Source: the human T2T-CHM13v2.0 reference genome, Homo sapiens
Strand: one strand, 5' to 3'
Assembly (NCBI RefSeq): GCF_009914755.1
Contig: NC_060942.1
Length of the DNA stretch: 64,000 nucleotides
Both the position numbers and the translations under genes were made by a program. Shown piece after piece: positions 1 through 15,343 of the stretch; positions within the stretch are counted from its first letter, which is position 1, and each line of letters opens with the position of its first letter. The notes below the pieces were generated by a model. That model was not told the DNA's origin. It made no database searches and worked only from the letters and a program-made list of their open reading frames with translations.

Positions 1-476
1 GCATAAAACCTTCAAAAAAATTCAAGCGCATTGTTAAAGTGATAACAGTGTGCAAGTGGCAGCTAGGATTTTTAACTGGAATCTCTTAAACCCCAAGTCA
101 GTATTATTTGCACGGTGCTTTCCACTTGTCAGTGGTTCATCTCAGCCAGACAGAAAAACAGCTTTAGCCATCGAAATGGAATCAGGACCTTGCTCTCATG
201 CAGTGTTGACCAGAGTGCTCATATCTAGCAGGGTTAGGTCTCCAAAAGGGTTGCTGTCACAACTGGACAGTGGCTGTTGAGAAAAAAATAAGAATGAAGA
301 GGAAGTGGTAACAAAAAGTCCCAGAAGAGGAGAACAGGGCAGGAACGACAAGAGTGAGGAAGTTAGGAGGTGACCTGCCATCAACTGCATATTTTCTGTG
401 GTCCTTCCTAAACTCCTAGTCAGCCCCTTCATTGTTATCAGAGGGTCACAGGAAATGCTCTGTCCCATTCCCTATC

Positions 477-773
477 TTTTTTTTTTTTTTTCCTGAGACA
501 AAGTCTTGCTCTGTCACCCAGGCTGGAGTGCAGTGGCATGATCTTGGCTCACTGCAACCTCTGCCTTCGGATTCAAGCGATTCTCCTGCCTCAGCCTCCT
601 GAGTAGCTGGGACTACAGGTGTGTGCCACCATGCCCAGCTGATTTTTGTATTTTTAGTAGAGATGGGGTTTCACCATGTTGGCCAGGATGGTCTTGATCT
701 CTTGACCTTGTGATCAGCCCTCCTTGGCCTCCAAAAGTGCTTGGATTACAGGCGTGAGCTACCACGCCCAGCC
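477..773 (-). mobile_element. Alu SINE, AluSc-like
   Basis: Poly-T from 477, full dimer ending ...acgcccagcc. Diagnostic ggccaggatggtcttgatctcttgacc(t)tgtg. Degenerate TSD cccattccctat / ctcaatccctat. Confidence 0.95.
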
Positions 774-3600
774 CTCAATCCCTATGTTTTTTAAGGCACC
801 GCCTATTGTTACTTAATAGATATTCTATATTTTGCCCATGAAGAAAGAACAGAATCTAACAGCTATATTATTGACTCTATTTTCTGAGGCAAGTGCACAC
901 CCAGTCTCAGTTTTCTAATTCCCTGTCCCCGACCCCAGTAGCTTGAGCAACCCTTGGAACTGTGCAACTGATCTTGGCACAGAACACCAGAAGGTGAGCG
1001 CTTGGGGCCATGCACTGGAAGGTGAGGATATTAGTACTGTCTGCCCAGAAAGACAAAACAACCCACAAGTGGGCTTGTTTTATGTAAGACTAAAGCCTCA
1101 TTCATCTACTGGCCTGCTCAGACCCACCCATTCAGTTTCTCTGGTGGTTTGGAATGGAGTCTCTGTGGGTGCCCTATGGAATTTTGTTGGGGTGACGTGA
1201 GTGCTTCCAAAGAGCTGGTTTCTTGAAGCCAAAGTGCTGAAAATGAGGCTAAGAAGGAAATACAGAAGCCTATGGGGGGAGTGTGGGAACATGACCCTCT
1301 CTGCCTTGTTAATGCTGCCAATATTTGTGTTAGAGGAGTAACAGGAACAAGCATTTGATCAATAGTCCAGAAAAGCTTGGGGAGGAGAAAGAAAGAGAGG
1401 GCAGCTAATTCCCCAAGTCCAGCTGCTGAAAGGGTGTTTGCTTTACCTTAATCAGTGGTGCATCACCAAGGGATTATGAAAACTGCCCAGAGGTGCTTGC
1501 CACCACTGTCTATGTTGGATCCCCAGTAGCTACTCCAAAGAAACATGCAGAATAAATAACACACTGTGCTTGGTAAGCAAATATAGCTCTAAGTCAAGTC
1601 TCCAAACTCATTGTTCCAACCACATGGAACCCTGCTGTAAAGACATTCTGAGGTAGTCACTGGTGTGGACATAAAGGCTAGATTAAATCTAACATACAGA
1701 TTCAGTAAGTGGGTATCAATTTGTTTACAGATGTATATACATGCTGGTAAATTTATGCATAGATAGGCAAGGTACAACTCACAAATCTACATTCACATTT
1801 CCACTGTCATTCTATCCCTGCACAAAGTTCCCTAAGCTCTGTTGTTTCTCAAAACATAGTCACATTTAATTACCACAATATTTGAGATAAATAAACCATT
1901 TTAAATTGCACCAATTCTAAACAGTTCTTCACTTTGTCCTATTTTGGGTTGGGAGTTGAATTTAGAATTGCTGTAAAGTCAGCATTGTTTAAGGGATCTG
2001 CCTGGGAAGATGTTGGATGCCAGCAGAGAAGAAGCTGGCTGGGAATGAAGAGAGATTCTGGTTCATTCCCTGAGCATGATTATTGATTAAATTTCAAATA
2101 GGAAGGGCACCTTTTGTTATCAGCAGAAACAGAAATCTCTCCATAACAAATATGAGGTATTCTCTCCATAACTATACACAGATAATTTGAGGAGGCCCCT
2201 TTTATTCTGATTTGACATTAGGACCAGTCATCACTAGTGAAATTAACTACAAGACAAAGTTGGAAGCAATCTTGAATGTTAGGCAGATAAGTTTTAAACA
2301 CAAAACTCTGATGCTTTTTAATAAGAAAATGATTTTCAACAGTGTTTTTTAATGTTCTATTGCAAAAGAAAGAAAAAAAAGTATAAATCTTAGGGATGAT
2401 TTGGATGGGACATCTCAGCCTCCCAGCACTCTGTTCTGGAGGAAAAAGGTATGTACACCAGTAGACATGTGATAAAACTATCAGGCATGCTTGAAATAAG
2501 TTGATGTCCATAGTTCTATTGGGTAGAAGTGCAAGTATGACATTTTATAAAATAATTTTAATGTAAATTTACATAAAGTTGTTCCAGAGAAAATTAAAAA
2601 CCAAAGCCATTGAGAAAACTGCCACTCACAACCATGCTATAATAGTAATCTTACCATCTGGACAAGAAGTGCATTGTTTTGTGAGTTTGCAAAAGAGAAG
2701 GGAATACATTTACGATAAACATACTAATATGCAATTAAACCCATTATCTTGCTGACACGAGAAGTGCTTGTATATGTGAAAATGACGAATGGCTGTAACT
2801 CACAACCTTTGCGCACTTACCCTCGTTTCTGTCAACTGTTCACTGTAATCATGATCAGAATATTAACCACCAGTAGCTACAAATAGGATTTGCCTGAAAA
2901 TATGATTTTTCTTCTGGAAAAGTTGCTATTCAGTTGCTTTTAGAATACTTTTAAGTTGTATATGTAATTATTTAAAAGCATTTTATGTGTATTTTGTTTT
3001 GTCTTTGAGTATTTGCTCAAATAGGGTTCTGTTTCCCTTGAGGGTATTTTTAGTGCTAGAAATATCCTTGAAACTTTTTCTTTTTTGTGTGTGATTTGGT
3101 AAAAATTTCCTGTGCTAGCCTGTCACTGCTGTGACCTTTACTATAGTTTGTTGAAGTAAAAAAAAAAATAAAGATTTTATAGATACCAGATTTTTCACCA
3201 AGGTTTGAGTCACCAGGTGCCTACATGTCTGAGTATTAAATAACAGTTCAGATTTTGAGGAATCGAATTTGTTCATTATAACTTGTGTGCCCGTCATTAT
3301 TCTAGGGTTATTCAGGACCTCAGTGTTTGACTTCCAGGCATTTGTATTTATTAGATAGAGCCAAAATACATAAAATAATTAGAAAGCAGTTAAATTTAAC
3401 TATACCACACTGATTTTAATTTCCAAGAATAACCTAAAAAGAAAGAAAAGTATGGGTAGAAATTAGACTTTGTGGGGGAGAAGGGCCTATTTTCACTCTT
3501 GAACTCTGTTATTATTTATTTCTTAGTAACTACCAGGGAAGTTTTACATAAATCTATTTATACATATGCGTTATCCATCATTTGAGTAGGTCAATGATAC

Positions 3601-3720
3601 CACTGGACTGTGAGCTGCTTCAGGCAGAAATTCAGTCTTATTTCTATCCCAAGGTGCTGGTTCAGTGATGGTCACATAGTAAGAATATAATAAATATTTG
3701 ATGAAAAATGCATGAGTGAA
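3601..3720 (+). mobile_element. L2 LINE 3' end fragment
   Basis: ggactgtgagct...cacatagtaag...taaatatttgatgaaaaatg resembles the L2 3' terminus. Confidence 0.7.
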
Positions 3721-3750
3721 TATTAAATACATTGCTTTTTATTTTATATT

Positions 3751-4124
3751 TGCATTAGTCCATTCTCATGCTGCTAATAAAGGCACATTCAAAATTGGGT
3801 AATTTATATAGGAAAGAGGTTTAATTGACTCACAGTTCCACAGGGATAGGGAGGCCTCAGGAAACAATCATGGCAGAAGGGGAAGCAAATACATCCCTCT
3901 TCACATGGCAGCAGAAAGAAGAGGAATGAGAGCGCACTGGAGGGGGAAGCCACTTATAAAACCATCAAATCTTGTGACAACTCACTATCCTGGGAACAGC
4001 TTGAGCAGCATGAGGGTAACTGCCCCTGTGATTAAATTACCTCCATCTGGTCCCGCCCTTGACACATAGGAATTATTACAATTCAAGATGAGATTTTGGG
4101 TAGGGACACAGCCAAACCATATCA
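3751..4124 (-). mobile_element. THE1 (THE1D-like) solo LTR, ERVL-MaLR
   Basis: tgcattagtccattctcatgctgct...gccaaaccatatca. Perfect 5-bp TSD ATATT at 3746-3750 and 4125-4129. Confidence 0.93.
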
Positions 4125-4256
4125 ATATTCATAATTTTAAACTAAAGTAGTCCATTTATATAGTAAACAAGTCAATAATCACATGCTTCAAAGGAGTGAT
4201 CTGTGTAGAATAATGCAATTTAAGTTGTTTCTTTCAATTAAACTCTTTATCATAGT

Positions 4257-5383
4257 CATGGCAGACTATTTTCCAAAGATGTCCTCAACAAGAACTCCTG
4301 TCTCACATACTCTTCTCTAGTGTGACCTTGCCATGCCCCCAGCACATGGTTGAGTTTGCTTCTCCATTCCCTGGATCTGGGCAGGCCTTATGACAGCTTT
4401 CACCATGTACAGTGAATTGATACTATGACAATTCTGGAGTAACTCTTACCTGGCCTGGGAGCTTCTGCCTCCTGCCTCTTGGAAGCTTGCGGTTGTACCC
4501 ATAGTAAAACTATCCAGAGTAGTATCCAAAGTAGTATCCAGAGACTACTTCACTGTGAGATGTTTAAGCTGCATGAAGAAGCTCTAGAAAAGGAAGCATT
4601 AGATGGAGAGCCAGGCAAAGGGATACTGACACATTAGAGTATGAGTAAAGAATGTATTAGGGTTCTTTAGAGGGACAGGACAAATAGGATAGATGTATAT
4701 ATAAAAGGGAGTTTATTAAGGAATATTGACTCACAAGATCACAAGGTGAAGTCCCACAATAGGTTGTTTGCAAGCTGAGGAGCAAGGAAGTCAGTCCGAG
4801 TCCCAAAACCTCAAAAGTAGGGAAGCCAACAGGGCAGCATTCAGTCTGTGGCTGAAGGCCTGAGACTAACTGGCAAATCGGTGGTGTAAGTACAAGAGTC
4901 CAAAAGCTGAAGAACTTGGAGTCTGATGTTTGAGGGCAGGAAGCATCCAGCAAAGGAGAAAGATGAAGGCCAGAAGACTCAGCAAGCCTAGTCTTTCCAT
5001 GTTCTTCTGCCTGCTCTATTCTACCTGCACTGGCAGCTGATTAGATGGTTTCCACCCAGATTGAGGGTGGGTCTGCCTCTCTCAGTCCACTGACCCAAGT
5101 GTTAATATCCTTTGGCAACACCCTCACAGACACACCCAGGAACAATACTTTGCATCCTTCAATCCAATCAAGTTGACACTCAATATTAACCATCACGAAG
5201 AACCTGTTTTGGAAGTCTATCCTTCAGCCCCAGATGCTCTAGATGACACCACATGGATCCCAGACCAATTTCCTAGCTGAAATTTTCCTAAATCCCAACC
5301 CCTAAAATCACTAGTAAATTAAAATGGTTAAGACACTAAATCATACTATATAGTTTGGTACATGGCATTAGATAACAAGAACA
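4257..5383 (+). mobile_element. MLT1G/H-like MaLR LTR, split by MLT2A
   Basis: Starts ..tggcagactattttccaaagatg, ends ..gataacaagaaca. The sequence resumes after the nested MLT2A. Confidence 0.75.
4653..5197 (-). mobile_element. MLT2A2-like ERVL solo LTR nested in MLT1
   Basis: tgtattagggttctttagaggg...caatattaaccatcac, about 545 bp. Perfect TSD AAGAA at 4648-4652 and 5198-5202. Confidence 0.92.
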
Positions 5384-5519
5384 TTAGTGAAAATTTTATG
5401 AACGATGAAATTTAGAAAAAAGAGCAAACTCAAAACCTGGTCTTAGAATTCCAGATTGCATATTGCTTTAACTTTAGCACAATACTTTCTAATAATCCAA
5501 TCAGATTTGTGTTTTAGTC

Positions 5520-5700
5520 TTTACAAAGTATTTCCCACATGTTATTTCACTTACTACTCATGCATGCCTTCTCAGATAGCAATTTCCATGATAAAAAATG
5601 ACGTAACTAAAGTTAAGTGTTTTCCCAAAGGTTTGACAAAGAATAAAGACTAATGCTACTCTAAGTTAAGCCTTTTAACTCCAAAATTTATTTCCATTTC
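5520..5700 (-). mobile_element. Degraded MIR fragment
   Basis: agttaagtgttttcccaaagg resembles the reverse complement of the MIR core. Confidence 0.45.
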
Positions 5701-5734
5701 TGTTCATCACAGACATCTTTCTACACTAAGTAAA

Positions 5735-6000
5735 GAGTGGTGGTTACAATCTAGATTTTGACTCGATTGAGACCTTTCCAGACTGGGTTCAGATTCTGGA
5801 AACAATATGCTGGAAGGTCAGATAGTTTCCTACTTGTGTGACCTCGGGCAAGTTACTTATCTTCTTTGTGCCTTATTTTTCACATGTATCGAACACTTAC
5901 CTTGTGGAGTGATTATAAGGATTTACTGAGATAATACATGTAAAGCTCTGAAAATAATTTGGTACACAAAGAAATAACTTAATAAATATTAGCTATTATT
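5735..6000 (+). mobile_element. MIR SINE
   Basis: Core tgtgtgacctcgggcaagttactta, tail taatacatgtaaagc...aataaatattagctattatt. Confidence 0.85.
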
Positions 6001-6375
6001 GTTTGAAGACGATCTGACCTACATGGACAGATATGGTGAGGACACATCCATTTCACCAGGATTTGTGGTCACTGAATATGAAAGTCATCCCCAGTTGAGG
6101 AAGGCTGGGGCACTAGGAAATAACCATTGGGTCTCTGAGTTCCTCTCAAAGCCTTGCTGATCTTCATCTACAGACCAAACTTAGTAGACAAGATAAGCAC
6201 TGAGTTGGGAAGGTAGGCATGGAGTGAGGGCTGCTTAGGTGGAGGAGAGACAGTGGGAAGAGTTAGCAGGCAATTAGAAGGGAAGAAAACGGGCCAAGTG
6301 GCAGTGAAAAGAAGAGCCAGGAATTTAGGTAGTTTCTGGAGCAACCAAAGCACCATTTTGGCATAGACAGGAGTA

Positions 6376-7234
6376 TGCATTAGTCTGCTGGATCTGCCAT
6401 AACAAAATACCACAGGCTGGGTGGCTTAAACAATAGAAATTTATTCCTCAGAAGTGGAATAACCTCCTAAGTTCACATCTTTATTGTTCACAGTTCTGGA
6501 GCCTGGAGTCCAAATCAAGCTGTTGGTAGTTTGGTTTCTCGTGAGGATTCTCTCCTTGGCTTGCATATGGCTGTCTTCTCTCTGTGTCCTCACATTCCCT
6601 TTTCTCTGTGAGTGTGTACTCTGATACCTTCTTCTAAGTGCACCAATCCTATTGGAATAGGGCCCCATATTTATGACTTTATTTATCTTTAATTATCTCT
6701 TTAAAAGCCCTGCCTTTAGGTATTGGAGGTGATGGCTGTATTAGGGTTCTCTAGAGGGAAAAAACTTATCACACACACACATACACACACACACACACAC
6801 ACATATATAGGTGAGTTTATTAAGTATTAACTTACATGATCACAAAGTCCCACAACAGGCAGTCTGTAAGCTGAGGAGCAAGGAGAGCCAGCCAGAGTCC
6901 CAAAACTCAAGAACTTGGAGTCTGGTGTTCAAGGGGCAGGAAGCATCCAGCATTGGAGAAAGATGTAGGCTGGGAGGCTAGGCCAGTCTCGCTTTTTTAC
7001 ATTTTCCTGCCTGCTTTATATTTGCTGGAAGCTGATTAGGTTGTGCCCACCCAGATTAAGGGTGGGCTGCCTTTCTCAGCCCTGACTCAAATGTTAATCT
7101 CCTTTGCCAACATCCTCACAGACACACCTAGGATCAACACTTTGTATTCTTTGATCCAATCACGTTGACACTCAGTATTAACTATCACATGGCTTCAGTC
7201 TATAAATTTTGGGTGATACAATTTAGTCCATAAA
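6376..7234 (-). mobile_element. MLT1B-like MaLR LTR, split by MLT2A
   Basis: ctgccataacaaaataccacaggctgggtggcttaaacaatagaaattt; resumes after 7190 as ..aattttgggtgatacaatttagtccataa. Confidence 0.85.
6737..7189 (-). mobile_element. MLT2A1-like ERVL solo LTR nested in MLT1B
   Basis: tgtattagggttctctagaggg...gtattaactatcaca, about 450 bp, flanked by a (a)tggc duplication. Contains (CA)n at about 6770-6803. Confidence 0.92.
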
Positions 7235-8734
7235 GGATACAAAGAGTTCATGCACTGTCTGGTTGACTGGTGACTGTAGCTGTAACTCTCACTTCTCAGG
7301 AACATAATTTGGCAGCTTTCTTGTAGGACTCACTTTTTAATGCAGTTCTTGCTCTGATGTACCTCTGGAGCAGAAATTGGCGAAGGGGTGTTCAGATGGA
7401 AACAAGCATCTCAACATTTATTGCTACCACTCACCCCAACATGGACTCTATCTTTCTATTCTTGCCTTTTACAATCACTCACCTTAAACAAGAACTTAAT
7501 CAAGTAGTCATATAGAGTATGATCAGATCTTTGTATCAATAACTCTCCAGTTTCTGACTGACAGATTTCTACATCCTTAGGATCTCCATCACATAAAAGG
7601 AATGCCACATATGGGAAGGTAGATTTGACGTACCTAAAATGCATGTCTGCAAGACATAACCCTTAAGAAAGGCTAATAGTGTGAACTATCTGCAGGCTAT
7701 TTTTAGAGAGGCATGGGTAAATCTATTACTTTTAAATGGTAATACTGTGAAATCTCCTATTGTGAATTCTTATTCAGTTGAAAAATATATTAATGTACCA
7801 TCACCTACTAGAGCTTATTGAAATCCCTGTGCCTTGTGGATGAACCCAAATCCCACAAGCAGGTTAAATGCACGTCTTGCATTTGCCATTCTGTGTGCTT
7901 TCTGTCCTTGTACCAGCTCATATCAGAAATTGTGGGACTCAGCACTCTGGCTTCCTGCTCTTGACACATGTGCATTGTGTGGGATGCATGTTAAATATCG
8001 CCAACAACTTATGACCTAAGTATCTAGAGGTAGTCACGAAAAACACTCACCTCTGTTATTTTACATTTTCTAAAGCACATTGACTCTTAGAAGGAATGTC
8101 ATATTGTAACCAGATTGCTTTTCTCTATATATAATTTGTTGGAAAACTATGAGGGAAGGCTACTCTGCATTTGTTCCGAAATTTAAACAAAGGTGTGAAC
8201 CCAGGAGGTTATTCCCCTTCTGAGAAAGGTTAAGGTATCTTCTCCTAACACCAAACCCCTCTTCCCTACTCTGTGGTCGCTAAATTGGATGGCCATTGGA
8301 TAGTATCTTTTGCTTGGGCTCTCACTTCTACTCTTTATACACTGGCACTTACTCTACTCCCATGTTGAAAAAATGTCTCTAAATATAATTTTAACATGTC
8401 TACTGCATAAATACCTGAGCCCATCTTTTGAGAAATGCAAGTGCCTTTAAAATATGTGCAGGTAAATAAAAAAGATAGAGGAAATGAAGAAATATAACTA
8501 TAAAAGCTAAGGAGCAATTTGCAATCAGCAGCACAAAACAATTTTTATTCCAGCCACACTTCATATTTAGAGTACCTACCTTAAACATGCCACTGCATTC
8601 AAATCCAGTGCTTCCAATTTTCTATTTTGAGAGAGAACAAAAGTAAAAAAAAAAAGTGGGGATCCTTTTTTTTTAATCAAAATAACAACAACAATAAACC
8701 TCACAGTTAATTCAATTTATTTTAATATACTTCA

Positions 8735-8965
8735 ACTCACATTTATTGAGCACCTAATATCTTCTAGGTATTGCCCTGGTACAGGGAATATGAATATTGA
8801 CAAGACAGAACAAGGCACCTGACTGCTTGAAGCTTACATTGGTGTGGAAGAGAATACAGATGGAACAACCAATTCTGATATGATGCATGTTAAATTGCAG
8901 AGAGTGTTAGGAGCTATGAGAACACAGAAGAGAGGAATTTAACCTATATTCTAAGGGGTAAGGGA
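8735..8965 (-). mobile_element. L2 LINE 3' fragment
   Basis: catttattgagcacctaatat...aagcttacatt...gagctatgagaacacaga. Confidence 0.75.
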
Positions 8966-10294
8966 TACCATCATAGTTCTGGGAATGGATTCATTTGCTG
9001 TTGTGTTCATACACCAGGGGATGGAGCTTGGCTTCCCCGTGCTCTTAAGTAGTACATATTTGGCAATGTATTTACAGAAGAATACAAGTTTGTGGTTTGT
9101 TTCCATTCAGTTTTGAAACCAACTGAATCATATGAAGAATTCTTTCCTCTATCTGGAATGGTCCACCTTTAGCCTAAGATGATATGGGGTTAAGAATCCC
9201 CTCCTGTGTGCTTGAGTGGAATGATCTAGGACTTTTCACCCCGCTTCCATGTCTGAGAGACACTTCCTGGCCCAGGGGAGGGTATGTGAGTGAACTTCCC
9301 ATGGTGCTTTGTCCCATGAAGGATTTACTCCATGAAAGTGCTGATTGGCCAGAACTGGTCTCAAGGCCTCTATATGTTTTCTGAGGCTCTGCTGGTTCCT
9401 AGGAATAGCAGTGAATAGAATGGGCCTCTTTTTTTGGTGTCTGTCCTCTCCCTGTCTCTTAAACTCCATTTTGCCAAATTCTTTTCATAATTTTAATATG
9501 AAACACAGAGTGAGAAGGTATCTGATTGCCCTAGGTGATTTTCATCCTAGAGGATACTATTCCCGCCTATTAGCCATGGAACATCATCTTTGGATCTGAT
9601 GGCCATTCCTGACCCAATTACTGGCCATCCCTGAGTAAGGAAAAGCTTCATAATATATTTCCAAACAGGGTGGCTTAATTCCAAAGGGGAAAGCAGACAT
9701 GATGAATATTATCTTTGTTACAAGAGTGGAAGTACAGAGCTCTTCTCTTATTTCTGATGGCAAAAGACCAATGTTTGCAGGGCTCTGTCTGGTTTACAGC
9801 ACAGTGCATTGGTGCACCCAAAGAGAGGGACTTTTTAAAGTTTTCAATATATAGGAGTATATATTTTTAATATCTATGCTCTTTTGATGTGCTGTCAGTA
9901 TCAGGATTAATGTGTATAATGCAACCTTTCAAGAAACTAAGACCCAGTAGAAACATATCTTAACTTTAGCTCACTCACAGGTTATCTCAGAAAAATAACA
10001 TAAAATATATATGTTCTTTTCAGCCAGAACCACTCAAGCTACTGGTAAATTGTCTTATTATCACGTTATAGTAAAATGTCTAATTAACATAAAAGTATAG
10101 CAAATGGTATATGTGCATATTGTATATGGAAAAAGAAAATTTTAGATCATCCAAAGCTTTTATATTTCCTTTAACGTTGCCACTCTCTTGCTTATCACCT
10201 AATTATCAGTTCAGAAAAATAAATAACACAAAATTGGTGAACCTTATCCATAGAACCAGAAACAGGAAGTAGAAATTCTTAGGTTTGCTTCTAA

Positions 10295-11010
10295 CACTGA
10301 GGAGGGAAGCAGGGGCGAGGGTAAAAGTATTAGGTTGGTGCAAAATAATGGTAAAAGCCTCAATTACTTTTGCACCAAGCTAATACAAATGGAAATTCAA
10401 ATACTGTATGCATAAATATTCAGAAACTATAAATTAAGCTAACAAAATGTTCAATAAAATATTTTTCACTCTACATTGACAAGCAAACTATCACCATACG
10501 TTGAAGGAAGATTCAAATAGAAAATCCCTCAAGTATTTGAAGTTCTTTGCTGAAACACAGTAGTGAAGGAGGGTCAGCCTCTGGCCTCTGCTCCCCCCAG
10601 ATGGATGGTGCTGCCACCATCTCCTCCTGCCCTCAGCTCCTTTCTGAACCATTGATGTGCCTCAGGCTCTTATGTGTGGACACCCTAGCCTGCATGCCCA
10701 ATACCCATCCAAATGGCTACTATTTGTCAACATTTTTGATTAAACAAAAATATGACACATTCATAGACAACACAGCCCATTCTAAGAGGGAAGACTTGTC
10801 TATACCAGCCTTAGGGCTAAGCTGGGGCAGCTTGAGAAGAGAATTGTAGGGCCCACAGAGTTTGCAGCATGGTTATAAGTGGGATGGGTTCTGTGGACTC
10901 TTTGCCCACAGAGAGAGATAGGCGCAACAGGAGGGGAACCAGAGTAGGGCCCTTTGAAGGACCTGGGGCTTGTGTAGGGACACCTGTTGTCTGGGTCTAA
11001 GAGCAGTACC
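10295..11010 (+). mobile_element. MER115-like hAT-Tip100 DNA transposon, split by MADE1
   Basis: tacaaatgga...aaattaagctaacaaaatgttcaataaaatat, and terminus ..gggtctaagagcagtac, match my recollection of the consensus. Confidence 0.65.
10330..10383. mobile_element. MADE1 (Hsmar1 MITE), internally deleted
   Basis: ttaggttggtgcaaaa...caattacttttgcaccaagctaa with TA TSDs at 10328-10329 and 10384-10385. Confidence 0.92.
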
Positions 11011-11670
11011 CTTCTCCACAATCACTGTGTTCTGCAATAATATTAATAGCCACTTTACTCAGTTCCTAATACCCAATAGGTCACTGGATGGGCTCCATTC
11101 CTTCTAGTGCTATGTAGAGGCTTAATTTAGGTCTTTCCACTCAAGTAAGGAAACTGCGGCATACTCTGATTTCTGCTACCTAGTACCTTACCAGGTACTT
11201 GGAGAAAAGGAACACAAAGATGACACTAAGGGTTCAGTGAGGCCAGTTTTTCTATGTGGAGGAATATGACTGTCTGTCTACATATTGGTAGAAATTGATG
11301 TAGACTTAGATGTATTCATGCCTAGAAATATGTGAAAAGTGATTTTTTTTCAGAGGTTGTATCACAGACTCAAGTTTTAGAGTAAGAATTACTGTTTAAC
11401 AAAATTTCATGCAAAAGAGAATGAAGTCGGGTGAACATAAATGGAAGATGGGCAATTACCACCTTTCATTTCCCTGATTGGCCTTGCTAGAGCTACAGCT
11501 TAAGGTCCCCTAACAGAGAAATGAAGTATTAGATTTTCTTATATACATTAAATCGTGAGATAAGCTGATCATGGCAAAATGCTAAAACATTATGGAATCA
11601 TCTGTGGTGTTAACATTGAATTGTTGATAAGAACAATTTTTAAACAATTTTTAGACTGATGATAACCCCC

Positions 11671-12025
11671 TGTATTAGTCTGTCCTCATGCTGCTAATAA
11701 AGACATACCTGAGACTGGATAATTTATAAAGGAAAGAAGTTTAATTGACTCAGTTCCACATGGCTGGGGAGGTCTTACAATCATGGCGGAAGGTGAATGA
11801 GGAGCAAAGTCATGTCTTACATGGCGGCAGTCAAAAAAAAGCTTGTGCAGGGGAACTCATTTATAAAACCATCAGCTCTGGTGAGACTTATTCACTACCA
11901 TGAAAACAGTATGGGTGAAATCACCTTCATGATTCAATTATCTCCACCTGGCCCCACCCTTGACACGTGGGGATTATTATAATCCAAGAGGGGGATTTGG
12001 GTGGGGACACGGCCAAACCATATCA
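11671..12025 (-). mobile_element. THE1C-like solo LTR
   Basis: tgtattagtc...ggccaaaccatatca with ggagcaaagtcatgtcttacatggcggc. TSD ccccc/ctccc. Confidence 0.92.
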
Positions 12026-12479
12026 CTCCCTTTTAATGCAATCGTGGTATTTGGCTAAGAGGATTAAAATGTAATACGTCATCATTTTGTGGAGACTAAT
12101 ATTTTCTTTCGCAGTCTATCTATGTGACATGTACTTCTGTCTACTATGGAGGCTGATTTTCTTCACTGTTACCAGGTTAAAAGAACAACAAAAAAATAGT
12201 TTAACCGATGATTGAGTCCTGAGATCCTGGGCCACTTCGTGTGTTTGTGCTTATCTATAAGGTGGTCTTTCAGCCTAAAGCAAGATGTTTTATTGCAACA
12301 CTAACTGCTTGTGGATTCCTTTCTCACTGACTACTCTTTTTAGTATTATTTGCTGGCATCTTGTCTTTGAGTGCTTATCTAGCCCTATCTATTTATGTAT
12401 TATTTATTTTTCCTCCTAGCCAATTTTTTTTGTCCAATCTATTTAAATAGCATTCTACCCACTGCTGACTTTTGAATAG

Positions 12480-13750
<1,271 letters not shown>

Positions 13751-14622
13751 TGAACACTCAGGCTGTGTGTATTTTTTCTTCCAGTAAACAAAGATTCCAA
13801 ACTTTCCACTTAAGTTCTAATCCCTAAAATTTAAATTTTAATTTTAAGTCAGTTTGTTGATTTAATAGTAATTGGTTCTTTCCACAAAGTTTCACAGTAT
13901 TTAGATGTGTGGTTATTATCTGACATTTTAAAATGATAGCTATAGAGAGTGCTTTTCACCAGATGAAAGGAATTCAACTAATAACAGGTTCTAAGATACA
14001 ATAATTTCTTAGAAATGTTGCTCTATGAGTTTTGACTAAAGCCAGTGCATTCTCAGTGAACAGACTCCTAAGCTAGATTAAACTGCTCCTACACTGAAGG
14101 CATTTCTGAATCACTCTAAAGGGTGAAAATCGTCTTAAGGGCATTTCAAAGAGAAATACTTATTTTCTCACTTTCCTCATTATTTTTCTAACTTTCTCTA
14201 CTGGGAGAAATACTGTATACTTACAGTTAACAGGAATGTCAAACAATGTATTTAATTTCATTCTAAGCACGTGGTATATTTATTTACTTTATAGAAAAGA
14301 ATACATCTCTAAAATTTAAGTTACTCCTACTTGCAAATAATGAACTTAATTTCCCCTGCCCACCTCATCCCTTTTAAGGCAATAGCTTGTAAGCAATTTA
14401 CCTGTGAGAGGATGCCTGTCTAACTCCTCCCTCAGGTGCACTTAAGGAAGCTAAGGGTCCCAGATAACTCTACCTGGAGCCAAATATACAACTTTGCTAC
14501 AAAGTTACAAAACTTTTTCACAAAGACTGATTCTGTACATTCAAAGACTCTTCAGAATCACCTGGAGGTTTTGCTAAGGACAGATTGGCAGACCCCACCT
14601 GCAGAATTTTAAATTCTATAGG

Positions 14623-15343
<721 letters not shown>

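Noticed and set aside
4511-4543. Short tandem duplications here and at about 16369-16426, 21014-21035, 44502-44533 and 62447-62485
   Set aside because: Ordinary slippage duplications of 2-3 units with no spacers; not CRISPR-like or otherwise functional.
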